From: a virus
Lineage: Duplodnaviria > Heunggongvirae > Uroviricota > Caudoviricetes
DNA: 64,000 nt
Strand: one strand, 5' to 3'
IMG/VR virus record: IMGVR_UViG_3300010430_000005
Coordinates: 19,467 to 83,466 of that record
Below the pieces are notes generated by a model, which ran no database searches, was not told where the DNA came from, and saw nothing but the letters and a program-made list of their open reading frames with translations. Both the position numbers and the translations under genes were made by a program. Shown here piece by piece: positions 54,551 to 63,741 of the stretch; the first letter of the stretch is position 1; each line of letters starts with the position of its first letter.

Positions 54551-55057
54551 ATGAAAACTTGTTATGTTATGGTCGGGTTGCCTGCTTCCGGCAAATCTAC
54601 CTTTATCGAAGAGATGTGCAAAATGGATCCTAATGCTTATGTCTATAGCACAGACAACATCATCGAAGACGCAGCAAAACGGCTTGGGAAAACTTACGAT
54701 CAAGTATGGAAAAAACATATCAAAGGCGCGCAAGCCGAAGCAGATATTTGGTTGGATGAAGCAACCAAAAACGATTTGAATATCATTTGGGACCAAACCA
54801 ATCTTTCTGTTAAAAAACGGCGCGGTATTATTGATAAAATGGTTCGTAAGAACTATCAGATTGAATGCATCGCTTTTCGTATGCCAGAAAGTGTTGATGA
54901 TATTACGGAATGGAATCGTCGTCTGCATAGTCGCAAAGGTAAATCCATTCCAGATTTCGTCATCCAAAATATGGTCAAGACATATGTCGAACCTACTCTT
55001 GATGAAGGTTTTGATCGTGTGACGATTATGGATATTTATGGTAAGGTTGTCCAATGA
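54551..55057 (+). CDS. P-loop NTPase / nucleotide or polynucleotide kinase-like protein
   Basis: Walker A MVGLPASGKST. Size is typical of zeta-toxin/AAA_33-type kinases. Confidence 0.5.
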   Translation: MKTCYVMVGLPASGKSTFIEEMCKMDPNAYVYSTDNIIEDAAKRLGKTYDQVWKKHIKGAQAEADIWLDEATKNDLNIIWDQTNLSVKKRRGIIDKMVRKNYQIECIAFRMPESVDDITEWNRRLHSRKGKSIPDFVIQNMVKTYVEPTLDEGFDRVTIMDIYGKVVQ

Positions 55058-55308
55058 GAAAAATCACTTTGTATCAATATTGTGAATGGGATGGTGGCGA
55101 CCGTCATTTTCCTAAAGATATTTGTTTTGAAAGTAGAGAAGAAGCAAATTTGTTTCTTGGATCAAACAAATATGATCGTGTCGAAAAAAAGGTATTCACG
55201 GTTTTTGAAACTGCTGATGAATATGAGCAAAGCAAATCAGAAGAACTAAAAAAATCTGCATTGGCAAAATTGACCGATCTTGAAAAGAAAGCATTGGGTT
55301 TGATCTAA
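55054..55308 (+). CDS. hypothetical protein
   Basis: 84-aa ORF with ATGA overlap. Confidence 0.4.
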   Translation: MRKITLYQYCEWDGGDRHFPKDICFESREEANLFLGSNKYDRVEKKVFTVFETADEYEQSKSEELKKSALAKLTDLEKKALGLI

Positions 55309-55469
55309 TGAACCTAATAGAAAAGGGGCGCGAACTTGGATATACACCTGCCCAAGTTCGCGCCATGATAAATGAACAAAGACTTTATAACGAAGTCTTG
55401 GAATGCGAAACCGTAGAAGATATAAAAATATTGCTACTACATTGGATAGAAAAAGGAAAGATACGATGA
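55308..55469 (+). CDS. small hypothetical protein (53 aa)
   Basis: TAATG overlap start. Confidence 0.25.
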   Translation: MNLIEKGRELGYTPAQVRAMINEQRLYNEVLECETVEDIKILLLHWIEKGKIR

Positions 55470-55936
55470 AAGAGATTATGGATAAAATTGCAGTAACCAC
55501 TAAGGCAATTCAGGATGCAAAAGAGGCATATAGTGTTGCTTTGAAAGAAGCAGTAGATCCAACACTAGACCATATCGCAAAAAATTGTGGTGAACTTGAC
55601 GTTATTACAATCATTGGTTACACCCCAGGGTTTAATGACGGTGAACCTTGCACACATGGTTCTTATTGGGGTTTTGGGTGGGGTTTCCTTGCAGGTTATG
55701 GAATCGAAGATTACGTAGAAGATTATATCGAAGTCGATGACGAAGATTTGCTAGAAGAAAAAATGGATGAACTTCTCAACAAAAAAGTAACAGTTTCACA
55801 AGAAGTGGAAGATTTTGTCCGCGAAGTTCTTGATCCATACTTTGAAGAAAAGTTGGAAACCGACTATCGTGTTCATATTCTCTTTGAAAATGGAACTTAC
55901 AAAATCGAAGAACATGAATATGACTGCGGTTACTAA
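55466..55936 (+). CDS. acidic hypothetical protein
   Basis: ATGA overlap start. Glu/Asp-rich. Confidence 0.4.
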   Translation: MKEIMDKIAVTTKAIQDAKEAYSVALKEAVDPTLDHIAKNCGELDVITIIGYTPGFNDGEPCTHGSYWGFGWGFLAGYGIEDYVEDYIEVDDEDLLEEKMDELLNKKVTVSQEVEDFVREVLDPYFEEKLETDYRVHILFENGTYKIEEHEYDCGY

Positions 55937-56510
55937 AAAAGTGAAGTTCAATAGGGGGTTGAAATATACCCCCGTCGAACTCAATAAATTTGAATATCCA
56001 AAAGTGAATTGGAAGTATGCTTCTGCTAAGTGGGTTTTAGCACATGCAGAATCTACAAACGATACGCTTAGGGATATTATCCTTCAATGTCCTATCGAAG
56101 GAAATCACAAAAGAATTTTGCTTGATGTGAAGGTCCAGGATCTGGTTCCTTCAAAGACTTCATGTATTCCTGGTTGGCATCTTGACGGGCCCGAAAATCC
56201 TCTACATGATTCAAAACCAGAAATCCATCATTTGTATATTCACGAAGAAGGTGGAGAAACCGAATTTATTAAGGATGAATTTGACCTTAAAGTTAATGAT
56301 AAAATGACGCAAAAGCAAATCGTGGGTATGATTCCGGATGATGTTAATGTCACAAAATGCTCTGCTGGATATTTCACAACTTTCACTCGTTTTGACTTCC
56401 ATAGGGGAATTAATGTAAAGAAGCCAATGCGCAGATTGCTGGTTAGACTTACTGAAACTGATGTGATTTTGCCTCGCAATAAACCTTATCTCCATGCGGT
56501 TGGGACTTGA
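55914..56510 (+). CDS. hypothetical protein
   Basis: Start overlaps the upstream gene's end. Confidence 0.4.
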   Translation: MNMTAVTKKVKFNRGLKYTPVELNKFEYPKVNWKYASAKWVLAHAESTNDTLRDIILQCPIEGNHKRILLDVKVQDLVPSKTSCIPGWHLDGPENPLHDSKPEIHHLYIHEEGGETEFIKDEFDLKVNDKMTQKQIVGMIPDDVNVTKCSAGYFTTFTRFDFHRGINVKKPMRRLLVRLTETDVILPRNKPYLHAVGT

Positions 56511-56534
56511 CAATTAATATTTTTCGTGTAGTAT
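56507..56534 (+). promoter_or_regulatory. sigma70-like promoter TTGACA-16-TAGTAT
   Basis: -35 at 56507-56512 and -10 at 56529-56534. Confidence 0.45.
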
Positions 56535-56567
56535 ATGAATTACACGAATCGAAAAGGAAACTTTGTT

Positions 56568-57365
56568 ATGAAAAAAGACGAATTCGGCGATCGTATGAAG
56601 CACTATGAACGAGCATACACAGATGTTCGTATCCCAATTGATGTGCCTCTTTGTGTTCGTATCGACGGCAAAGGATTCAGTAAATTCACCAAAGGATTTG
56701 CGAAACCGTTTGATAAAGATTTGACCCAAGCAATGATCGATACCACAAAGCATTTGGTTAAAGAGACCAATGCAAGTGTCGGTCATACACAATCAGATGA
56801 AATTACACTAATCTGGTTCCGACGTAGCGAAAAGCAAAGCGAACACATCTTTGGCGGCAAAGTATCCAAAATCAATAGTATTCTTGCTAGTATGGCGTCA
56901 GCAGCGTTCAATCACTATATTGCTAAGTATTCCCCCGACGCTTATGCGGGCAAGGGATTGGCTTATTTTGATTGTCGCGCATGGTCTGTTCCGAGCGATA
57001 TTGAAGCAAGTAATGTTCTGCTTTGGCGCATTCAGGATGCTAAAAAGAATAGTATCTCCTGTCACTATCGTTGGACACTTGGACATAGCAGTATGCACGG
57101 ACTCAACGGTAAGCAGATGATGGATAAGCTGAAATCAAGTGGTAATGACTGGGAACAGTTGCCAGCAAAATATCGATATGGCGTTTGTGTTCGTCGCAAG
57201 AACCGTATGGTTGAACTAGATGGCGAAACTCTTGCAAAGATTCCAGTTGACAAGCAACCAGAAAATGCTATAGTAACGAGAAGTGAATATGTTGAAGAAC
57301 GAGCAGATGAGTTTGTTAAGCGCAATCTCAAAACTCGGGTAAAATATGTCAAAGGAGAAAAATAA
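56568..57365 (+). CDS. Thg1-like protein (tRNA-His guanylyltransferase family; 3'-5' nucleotide addition)
   Basis: RBS aaaggaaactttgttATG. VRIDGKGFSKFTKGF matches the Thg1 core (VRxDGRxFxxF). Size fits (about 265 aa). Confidence 0.55.
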   Translation: MKKDEFGDRMKHYERAYTDVRIPIDVPLCVRIDGKGFSKFTKGFAKPFDKDLTQAMIDTTKHLVKETNASVGHTQSDEITLIWFRRSEKQSEHIFGGKVSKINSILASMASAAFNHYIAKYSPDAYAGKGLAYFDCRAWSVPSDIEASNVLLWRIQDAKKNSISCHYRWTLGHSSMHGLNGKQMMDKLKSSGNDWEQLPAKYRYGVCVRRKNRMVELDGETLAKIPVDKQPENAIVTRSEYVEERADEFVKRNLKTRVKYVKGEK

Positions 57366-57757
57366 TGTCAGTAAAAGACAAACTTGATAGCATTCGTTGT
57401 CGTGTTCTTAATGGTGCTGCAATGGTAAACGAATACCGTGAACATTGGGGTGATGATTATTGCTTCAAAGAACTTGGTAACGCACTTTCAACTAAAGAAG
57501 GTTTTGGTTGGAGCAAAATTGATATTATTTCACAATCTGATCTGAAAACTATTGATAGACAAACTCTTTATACGTATGGGTTTGGTAATTGGGATGGCAA
57601 GTTGATCCTTATTCCGCTTTGGTTGGCGAATTTCATGGACCAAACCGAAAAAGTCATTTCCATTCTGGGCGATGTATCTACACTTGCAGATTGCGATAAA
57701 GATGTTCGCGGTGGTTGCCTTGCATTTGGGTTTCATTTGGGGGATGACAATGGTTGA
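57365..57757 (+). CDS. hypothetical protein
   Basis: 130-aa ORF with ATGA overlap. Confidence 0.4.
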   Translation: MSVKDKLDSIRCRVLNGAAMVNEYREHWGDDYCFKELGNALSTKEGFGWSKIDIISQSDLKTIDRQTLYTYGFGNWDGKLILIPLWLANFMDQTEKVISILGDVSTLADCDKDVRGGCLAFGFHLGDDNG

Positions 57758-58229
57758 AACCATTACGACTGTAAAATTCAAATCCAAAGATGGTAATGTT
57801 TACGACACTTTGGAAAAAGCAGAACTTGCGGATAAAGAATTTGATCGTAAGAACTCTTTTGATCCTGCTAAAGAAGTTGCAACATTTCAAAAGATGTGCG
57901 AAAACAACTTTTCCCGCATTCGAAAACGCATTGATGCCGGGAAAAAACAATTTCCGTCTTTCTGGATGACAGAGCAAAAATACGGTCAAGATTACTATAT
58001 GTGTAATAGTTTTGATGATATGGAAGAGATGGGTTGGTCTGCATTTATCATGTGGTATGACTACTATATGTGTGAAACTGATGAAACCGTCGCGGTCGCA
58101 AAATTGATCAAAGAAACCGAAAACAAAAAAGCAGCACTTGCATTCGTTCTTGATCGTTGCTCAGAAGGCTACGAATATGAGCGCATGGAACAAATTTACG
58201 TGAAAACATTTGGAGATAAAAATGTCTAA
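57746..58229 (+). CDS. hypothetical protein
   Basis: About 160-aa ORF. The track's alternative start is 57672. Confidence 0.4.
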
Positions 58230-58584
58230 TTATAAAATTGGTGATACGTTTACTATCACTATAAATCACCTTATGTTGCTAATGAATATGCACGTATACT
58301 TCGATGATTATGACTATGATGGTGCTCCAGCGGTAGACGGCAAGCGCCCGTATGGTAATTCTGGTGATGTCGCTTATGAAGTCTATCGTGTTCTAAACGA
58401 CGAAGATTGGGATTGGGGCGAATACGATGACAATGAAATGCCCGAAGAACTACACGAACAGCTTTACAAAATTCACAAAGAAACTGCAACCGCACTTCAG
58501 ATTTGTCTTGTAATGCAGGAATTTAAGACTGGCACATTCAAAAAAACTTTCTATGGAAACACTTCATGGGAAAGAATCTCTTGA
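58222..58584 (+). CDS. acidic hypothetical protein
   Basis: RBS tttggagataaaaATG. Confidence 0.4.
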   Translation: MSNYKIGDTFTITINHLMLLMNMHVYFDDYDYDGAPAVDGKRPYGNSGDVAYEVYRVLNDEDWDWGEYDDNEMPEELHEQLYKIHKETATALQICLVMQEFKTGTFKKTFYGNTSWERIS

Positions 58585-58609
58585 CATATAAGCGTGAATA
58601 GTCTATATT
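58581..58609 (+). promoter_or_regulatory. sigma70-like early promoter TTGACA-17-TATATT
   Basis: -35 at 58581-58586 and -10 at 58604-58609. Confidence 0.5.
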
Positions 58610-58639
58610 GATCTTGTAGACAGAAAAAGGTTAACTCAG

Positions 58640-58813
58640 ATGACAAAACAAGATGCAATCAAAATGTTCCTTGAAATGTGGCGTGAACAAACGGTATATT
58701 CGAAAAACGATACTGTTGCGAAAATCACAGAATGGAATGATTTTACTGACATGCTGAATCGCAATGGCGATATTACAGATAAACAATATGCAAATTGGAG
58801 CAATCCTTTCTAA
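58640..58813 (+). CDS. small hypothetical protein (57 aa)
   Basis: RBS aaaaagg then ATG. Lies downstream of the promoter. Confidence 0.3.
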   Translation: MTKQDAIKMFLEMWREQTVYSKNDTVAKITEWNDFTDMLNRNGDITDKQYANWSNPF

Positions 58814-58834
58814 AAAGCAAAAGGAGTTTTTGCA

Positions 58835-59470
58835 ATGGAAATTATTATGGCAATCGTAAATTATTTCTCAGGAACATGGGGAATGGTCGAACTAGCAGGG
58901 ACTATCTTTAGTCTTATCTGCGTATATCTCGCAACAAAACACAATCAATGGACTTGGTTCTTTGGAGCATTGGGGGTCATTCTCTTTGGCGCTCTGTTTT
59001 ATCAGTTTAAGCTATATTCTGATGCTGGCCTACAAATTCTTTTCTTCTTGCCCATGCAAATTTGGGGATTTTATGTCTGGCGAAATATGTCAAAACAGGA
59101 GCACAACTCCTCAGTAACAAAGTCGTTTGTCTCGGACGGCATCAGTAAAGTTTTTTCGTGGGATATCGTTATTGTTGCTATTGCAGGACTAACCGCGATC
59201 AACGGGGCACTGATGATGAAATATACCGATGCGAGTTTTCCCTTTGCTGACGCTTTCACAACTTGGATGAGCGTGTTTGCACAAGTCCTCATGGTTAAAA
59301 AATATTGGGAGTCATGGGTATTGTGGGTCACTATGGATATTGTTGCAATTGGTATCTATTTTGCAAAAGGACTTTATGTAGTGTCATTTTTGTACGTTAT
59401 ATTCCTTATCCTTGCTACTATCGGCCTAATCAAATGGTATCGTGATTGGAAGAGTCAGCAAATTGTATAA
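58835..59470 (+). CDS. pnuC: PnuC-family nicotinamide riboside/NMN transporter
   Basis: RBS aaaggagtttttgcaATG. Multi-TM protein carrying the PnuC signature region QWTWFFGALGVILFGALFYQFKLYSDAGLQILFFLPMQIWGFYVWR. Confidence 0.65.
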   Translation: MEIIMAIVNYFSGTWGMVELAGTIFSLICVYLATKHNQWTWFFGALGVILFGALFYQFKLYSDAGLQILFFLPMQIWGFYVWRNMSKQEHNSSVTKSFVSDGISKVFSWDIVIVAIAGLTAINGALMMKYTDASFPFADAFTTWMSVFAQVLMVKKYWESWVLWVTMDIVAIGIYFAKGLYVVSFLYVIFLILATIGLIKWYRDWKSQQIV

Positions 59471-59477
59471 GAAACAG

Positions 59478-59509
59478 GTCTCCATCGAATCTTTCGATGG
59501 AGACTTTTA
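59478..59509 (+). terminator. rho-independent terminator
   Basis: GTCTCCATCGA-atctt-TCGATGGAGAC (11-bp perfect stem) followed by TTTTAT. Confidence 0.65.
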
Positions 59510-59518
59510 TGTTAAATA

Positions 59519-59561
59519 TTGACATAGTGCTTGACGAGTCTTTAGTGCCGTGTTATACAAT
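59519..59561 (+). promoter_or_regulatory. promoter-like region with tandem TTGACA/TTGACG -35 boxes
   Basis: TTGACA at 59519 and TTGACG at 59531, with TATACA / TACAAT candidates downstream. Exact -10 is unclear. Confidence 0.3.
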
Positions 59562-59586
59562 ATATAGCAACAAGAAAGAGCCTGGT

Positions 59587-59853
59587 ATGAAAATTAACAT
59601 CGTAAACACTCCCGCAATTGAAATTGTAGCAGACGAAAACTTGCGTGTTTTCTTCGTAAACAAAAATGTTGTGGAAGTTGATAAAATGTCGATGACACTT
59701 GCCGATCTTGTGCAACACCGAGGTCTTTCGGAAAAAATCATTTACGATTTCAACGACGGTATGGTTAACAACGGCCAAGGCATCGGCTCTCTTGTATGTA
59801 ATGAAAATGCCGACAGAATTACAGCCGGCGCATTTAAAATTATAGACGGCTAA
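59587..59853 (+). CDS. hypothetical protein
   Basis: About 88-aa ORF after RBS aagagcctggtATG. Confidence 0.4.
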   Translation: MKINIVNTPAIEIVADENLRVFFVNKNVVEVDKMSMTLADLVQHRGLSEKIIYDFNDGMVNNGQGIGSLVCNENADRITAGAFKIIDG

Positions 59854-59924
59854 GGAGGAGACTACCAATCAATGGTAGGCTTTATTATACAAACATCGAA
59901 CAACCTTAATATGGAGTTTATACT

Positions 59925-61592
59925 ATGACAAGCAATGCAGCATCACTAAAGCGCAAAGAACAACTGGATGAAATCCTTAATGTTCGTGGTCGTGCGGCAC
60001 CAACCAAACAGCAAAAAGAAGAAGTCGAAGCAAAGGATTCTCGGTTTGCAAATATCGAATCAAACCCATTCTTTCAGGCGGTTTTTGATGAAGCAGCTTC
60101 GCCAGAAGAAAAACAAGCCGCAGTCACTAAACTGCTAACTTTTGTGGGCACCCGCGAAGAAAATCGTGAACGTGTCAAAGCATTTGACACATTTAAAGAA
60201 TACCTACAAGCAGAGCGCGAAGTTATGGCAACGCAGATTATTAAAATGTCTGACACCAAAAACTTCGCAACACTGAAACAGGTCTTTGAAGAAATCAACA
60301 CTGCACTTCTTGATTTTGAAAAAGATATGGAACCTCTTACTGATATCATTGATGCACTTCATGAACTTCGTGCCGAAAACCAAACTCTAGATGCTTTCCG
60401 CGAAATCAAAGATGATGAGGCGCGTCAAGAAAAAATTCAAAAGCGTGAAAAGGAACTGAATGAGCAAATCTCTATGGTTCAGAACACTATCAATGAACTA
60501 AAAGCGCAAAACAAAATCAAACAAGAAGAGAAATCATTCTTCGGCCTTGGTTCTACAAAGCAATCTGCCTTGGAAGATATTGCACGCAACAACGTGACAA
60601 TTGAAAATAACCTTGATCAGATTCGTTCTCTTCAACAACAAATTGAAGAAACAAACAAATCAGATGCGCCAGAATCCAAAATCAAGAATGTAGAGGCAAA
60701 GCAAAAACTGAAAGAAATGCTTGATCTTGCAAGTGATGAGCACCAACAGCGTTCGCAAAATCTTGTCAACTCTGCGGTAAATTTCGTCGAGACTTCGAAA
60801 AACAAGATTCAAGACATTCGCGGCCATCTCGGTAATATGGCGGACCAAACCAAAAATCTTGAAGACGCAAATGGTCAGATGAGTTTTATCTATGCCATTC
60901 TAGGCGAAGGTGTGAAGGGCGCAGAAGAAGAAAACAAGAAAATTCGCGAAGAAATTCTGAAAACCCCGGCCACCGAAAATATGGTCGAAAAATTGACTCG
61001 CGAAGGCAAGCAACGTGATCTAGATGAACACATTCAAATGTTGGAGGTATCCTCTGTTGATACGCAAGCAACTGTTGCGGACTTGACAAGCGCATCTATT
61101 CGTATTAAGAATATGATTGATGCTAACCAACAACAGTCGCAAATGGCACGTGATATGCATTCGCGAGGTGTTGCTGGTGTCGCAGATCGTTTGTCAACAG
61201 TCATCCAAGCAGTGGGAGCAGCAGCAATCGCAGAATCTAACGCAATGACTGCGGAAACTTTGAATGCGATGTCAGATAACACTGATATGATTGCGCAAAA
61301 AGAATCTATGCGTCTGGCATTGGGTCTTGATGAACGTAATAGTGAACTAAACCGCGCAATCGAAAGTCTCGCACAATACGGCGAAGTGAACAAAGTTGCA
61401 ACAGATTTTACTCGTCGAGGCATCTCAGAAATGAAAGAAAACCTTGCGGTGCTTGAAAACACTGCCATGGAAGTTGCCGAAACTGTTCGCGAAAGCAAAT
61501 CCGCATATGCAGATATTGTTATGGGCAAAGACGGTTCTTCTGACAAGCAACAAACCAAAAAAGCAACAACCAAAAGCCCCTTTAAACTGTAA
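59925..61592 (+). CDS. large coiled-coil protein
   Basis: 555 aa, rich in Glu/Lys/Gln/Ala heptads. No enzymatic motifs. Confidence 0.5.
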   Translation: MTSNAASLKRKEQLDEILNVRGRAAPTKQQKEEVEAKDSRFANIESNPFFQAVFDEAASPEEKQAAVTKLLTFVGTREENRERVKAFDTFKEYLQAEREVMATQIIKMSDTKNFATLKQVFEEINTALLDFEKDMEPLTDIIDALHELRAENQTLDAFREIKDDEARQEKIQKREKELNEQISMVQNTINELKAQNKIKQEEKSFFGLGSTKQSALEDIARNNVTIENNLDQIRSLQQQIEETNKSDAPESKIKNVEAKQKLKEMLDLASDEHQQRSQNLVNSAVNFVETSKNKIQDIRGHLGNMADQTKNLEDANGQMSFIYAILGEGVKGAEEENKKIREEILKTPATENMVEKLTREGKQRDLDEHIQMLEVSSVDTQATVADLTSASIRIKNMIDANQQQSQMARDMHSRGVAGVADRLSTVIQAVGAAAIAESNAMTAETLNAMSDNTDMIAQKESMRLALGLDERNSELNRAIESLAQYGEVNKVATDFTRRGISEMKENLAVLENTAMEVAETVRESKSAYADIVMGKDGSSDKQQTKKATTKSPFKL

Positions 61593-61604
61593 GGAAACTA
61601 TAAT

Positions 61605-63731
61605 ATGAAATACCTTATTACAGGTCACGAAATGCTAGAAACTGCGCCCGACTTTAAACTGGTCGGGCGCAACAAGGACATGACACGACTAACGTCTGTG
61701 CTACTTCGCAACAAAGCGGCATCTGTTATCCTTGTCGGCCCTGGTGGTGTTGGTGTAACATCACTGATTATGGGTCTACAGTCCCTTAAAAACCAATCTG
61801 ATGTCCCCTTTGATATTGTCTCGAAGCGCATCTTTTGGTTGAAAACAGATGAACTCTTTTCGTCTGGTGATAATGAGCAGATTAATAAAGGGTTTGGGAA
61901 TGTGTCAAACATCCTGAAACGAACGCCTGATTCAATTCTCGTTATCGAAGATACTCGCGACTTCATTGAAGCATGTCGTAATCATGGTTCAATGCATTTT
62001 ATCAATTCTATCAATTCTATGGTAAAATCTGGTCATACACAAGTCATTCTTGAAACTCGTGACCCTGATATCGAAATGGTTTTGAATGCACACTCTGATA
62101 TGCGTCAATGCTACACTATTGTGGATATCAATGAACCGATTGGAGATGATCTTAAACTGATTGTCAACGAAACAACATCTTCGCTTTCGAAACACCATGA
62201 TATCATGGTGTCGGAGGGTGTGATTGAGACTGCCATTGAATTGACCAATAAGTATCGCACTCGTGATTCGAGTCTTAGTCGTGCCCAGCCAGAACGTAGC
62301 ACAAACTTGATTGACCGCGCTTTGTCTTCATATCGTCTAGAAGCACATAAACGCCACCCAGACGCTATCATGTTGCTTTCCGAAGGTGTTGACGAAAATG
62401 ATCCTCGCATTCGAGAACTCGACGCCGAATTCGAAAAGATGCAAGAGCGTATCAAATATCTGTTTAACATGCAACGCGAAGGCGAAACCGCCATCATCGA
62501 ACTTGAAGAACAAATCACTACAATCAAAGAACAAGAAAAAGAAAGCCCGAAAGAGGTCGTTGAAGAAAACATGAACAATCGCCGTATTCAAATGTTTTCT
62601 AATGTTGCGAGTGTTGGTGGGATCGAAAGCGCAGAAATTCGTGCTTTGCGTGATAAAATTCGTCAATTCGAAGAAGTTATCAAAACAAACAAAGCAGAAT
62701 TTGACACACTGACTTCTAGTATCAATGAAAAACTTTTGTTGACAAAGGACCATGTTCTTGCTGAATTTAGTCGCCTTTCTGGTATCCCGGCAAGTAAACT
62801 AAATGAGAACGAAAAAGAGAAACTTCGTAATCTTGAAGCAGTTTTGAATTCTCGCGTATTTGGTCAAGAAAATGTCATTAAAAAGATTTCAGATGCTATT
62901 AAAGTATCTCGGATTGGTCAACGTAATGGTGGGAAACCACAAGCATCTTTCCTTATCATGGGTCCGAGTGGCACGGGTAAGACAGAAGTTTGTAAAGCAC
63001 TGGCACATGCATTGAAAGATGATGAAGCGGCACTAACACGTTTTGATATGTCAGAATACATGGAAAAGCATAGTGTTGCAAAACTCATTGGTGCCCCTGC
63101 TGGTTATGAGGGTAGTGAACGTGGTGGTATTCTAACCAATGCTATGCGTCAAAATCCGCACCGCATCATTCTTTTTGATGAAATTGAAAAAGCAGACCCT
63201 GCTGTGTTTGACTTGTTCTTGCAAATTCTTTCAGATGGTCGCCTTACAGACAACCATGGTCGGACTGTTAATTTTTCGGAATCAATGGTCATCATGACTA
63301 CCAATATTGGGCAATCGTTTTTCCTTGACGAAACCCTATCGGACGAAGAATCCGAACGCCTTGCAAACATTGAATTGGACGAAATTTACCGACCAGAATT
63401 TTTGAACCGTTTTGCTGGTCGTCAAAATATTGTGTGTTTTAATCGTTTGGGTATTGACTCTATCGTCAAAATCGTTAAAAGAGAACTATCTGCATTGAAA
63501 AGTGCATATGCCAATAATGGAGTTGATATTCGTATCAGCGAACAAGACATTGTTAGTTTCTGCGAAGATCACTATGAAGCAAAGCATGGTGCCCGTGGTC
63601 TACAAGGTTATATTGTTGCCAATGTCGAACCATTGATCGTTAACATGATTCTTTCGTCTGACGTTGATGGTAAAGTTCTTGATCTTGAATACAACAAAGA
63701 AACCAAGAGTTTTGATACTGTAGTCACATAA
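61605..63731 (+). CDS. ClpB/ClpA-like AAA+ ATPase (intact second NBD, degenerate first)
   Basis: RBS taaggaaactataatATG. The second NBD has FLIMGPSGTGKTE (Walker A), ILFDEIEKA (Walker B), a sensor region and the ClpB-type KLIGAPAGYEGSE. The N-terminal module VILVGPGGVGVTSL lacks the Walker A lysine. Confidence 0.6.
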   Translation: MKYLITGHEMLETAPDFKLVGRNKDMTRLTSVLLRNKAASVILVGPGGVGVTSLIMGLQSLKNQSDVPFDIVSKRIFWLKTDELFSSGDNEQINKGFGNVSNILKRTPDSILVIEDTRDFIEACRNHGSMHFINSINSMVKSGHTQVILETRDPDIEMVLNAHSDMRQCYTIVDINEPIGDDLKLIVNETTSSLSKHHDIMVSEGVIETAIELTNKYRTRDSSLSRAQPERSTNLIDRALSSYRLEAHKRHPDAIMLLSEGVDENDPRIRELDAEFEKMQERIKYLFNMQREGETAIIELEEQITTIKEQEKESPKEVVEENMNNRRIQMFSNVASVGGIESAEIRALRDKIRQFEEVIKTNKAEFDTLTSSINEKLLLTKDHVLAEFSRLSGIPASKLNENEKEKLRNLEAVLNSRVFGQENVIKKISDAIKVSRIGQRNGGKPQASFLIMGPSGTGKTEVCKALAHALKDDEAALTRFDMSEYMEKHSVAKLIGAPAGYEGSERGGILTNAMRQNPHRIILFDEIEKADPAVFDLFLQILSDGRLTDNHGRTVNFSESMVIMTTNIGQSFFLDETLSDEESERLANIELDEIYRPEFLNRFAGRQNIVCFNRLGIDSIVKIVKRELSALKSAYANNGVDIRISEQDIVSFCEDHYEAKHGARGLQGYIVANVEPLIVNMILSSDVDGKVLDLEYNKETKSFDTVVT

Positions 63732-63741
63732 GGAAATCCAA

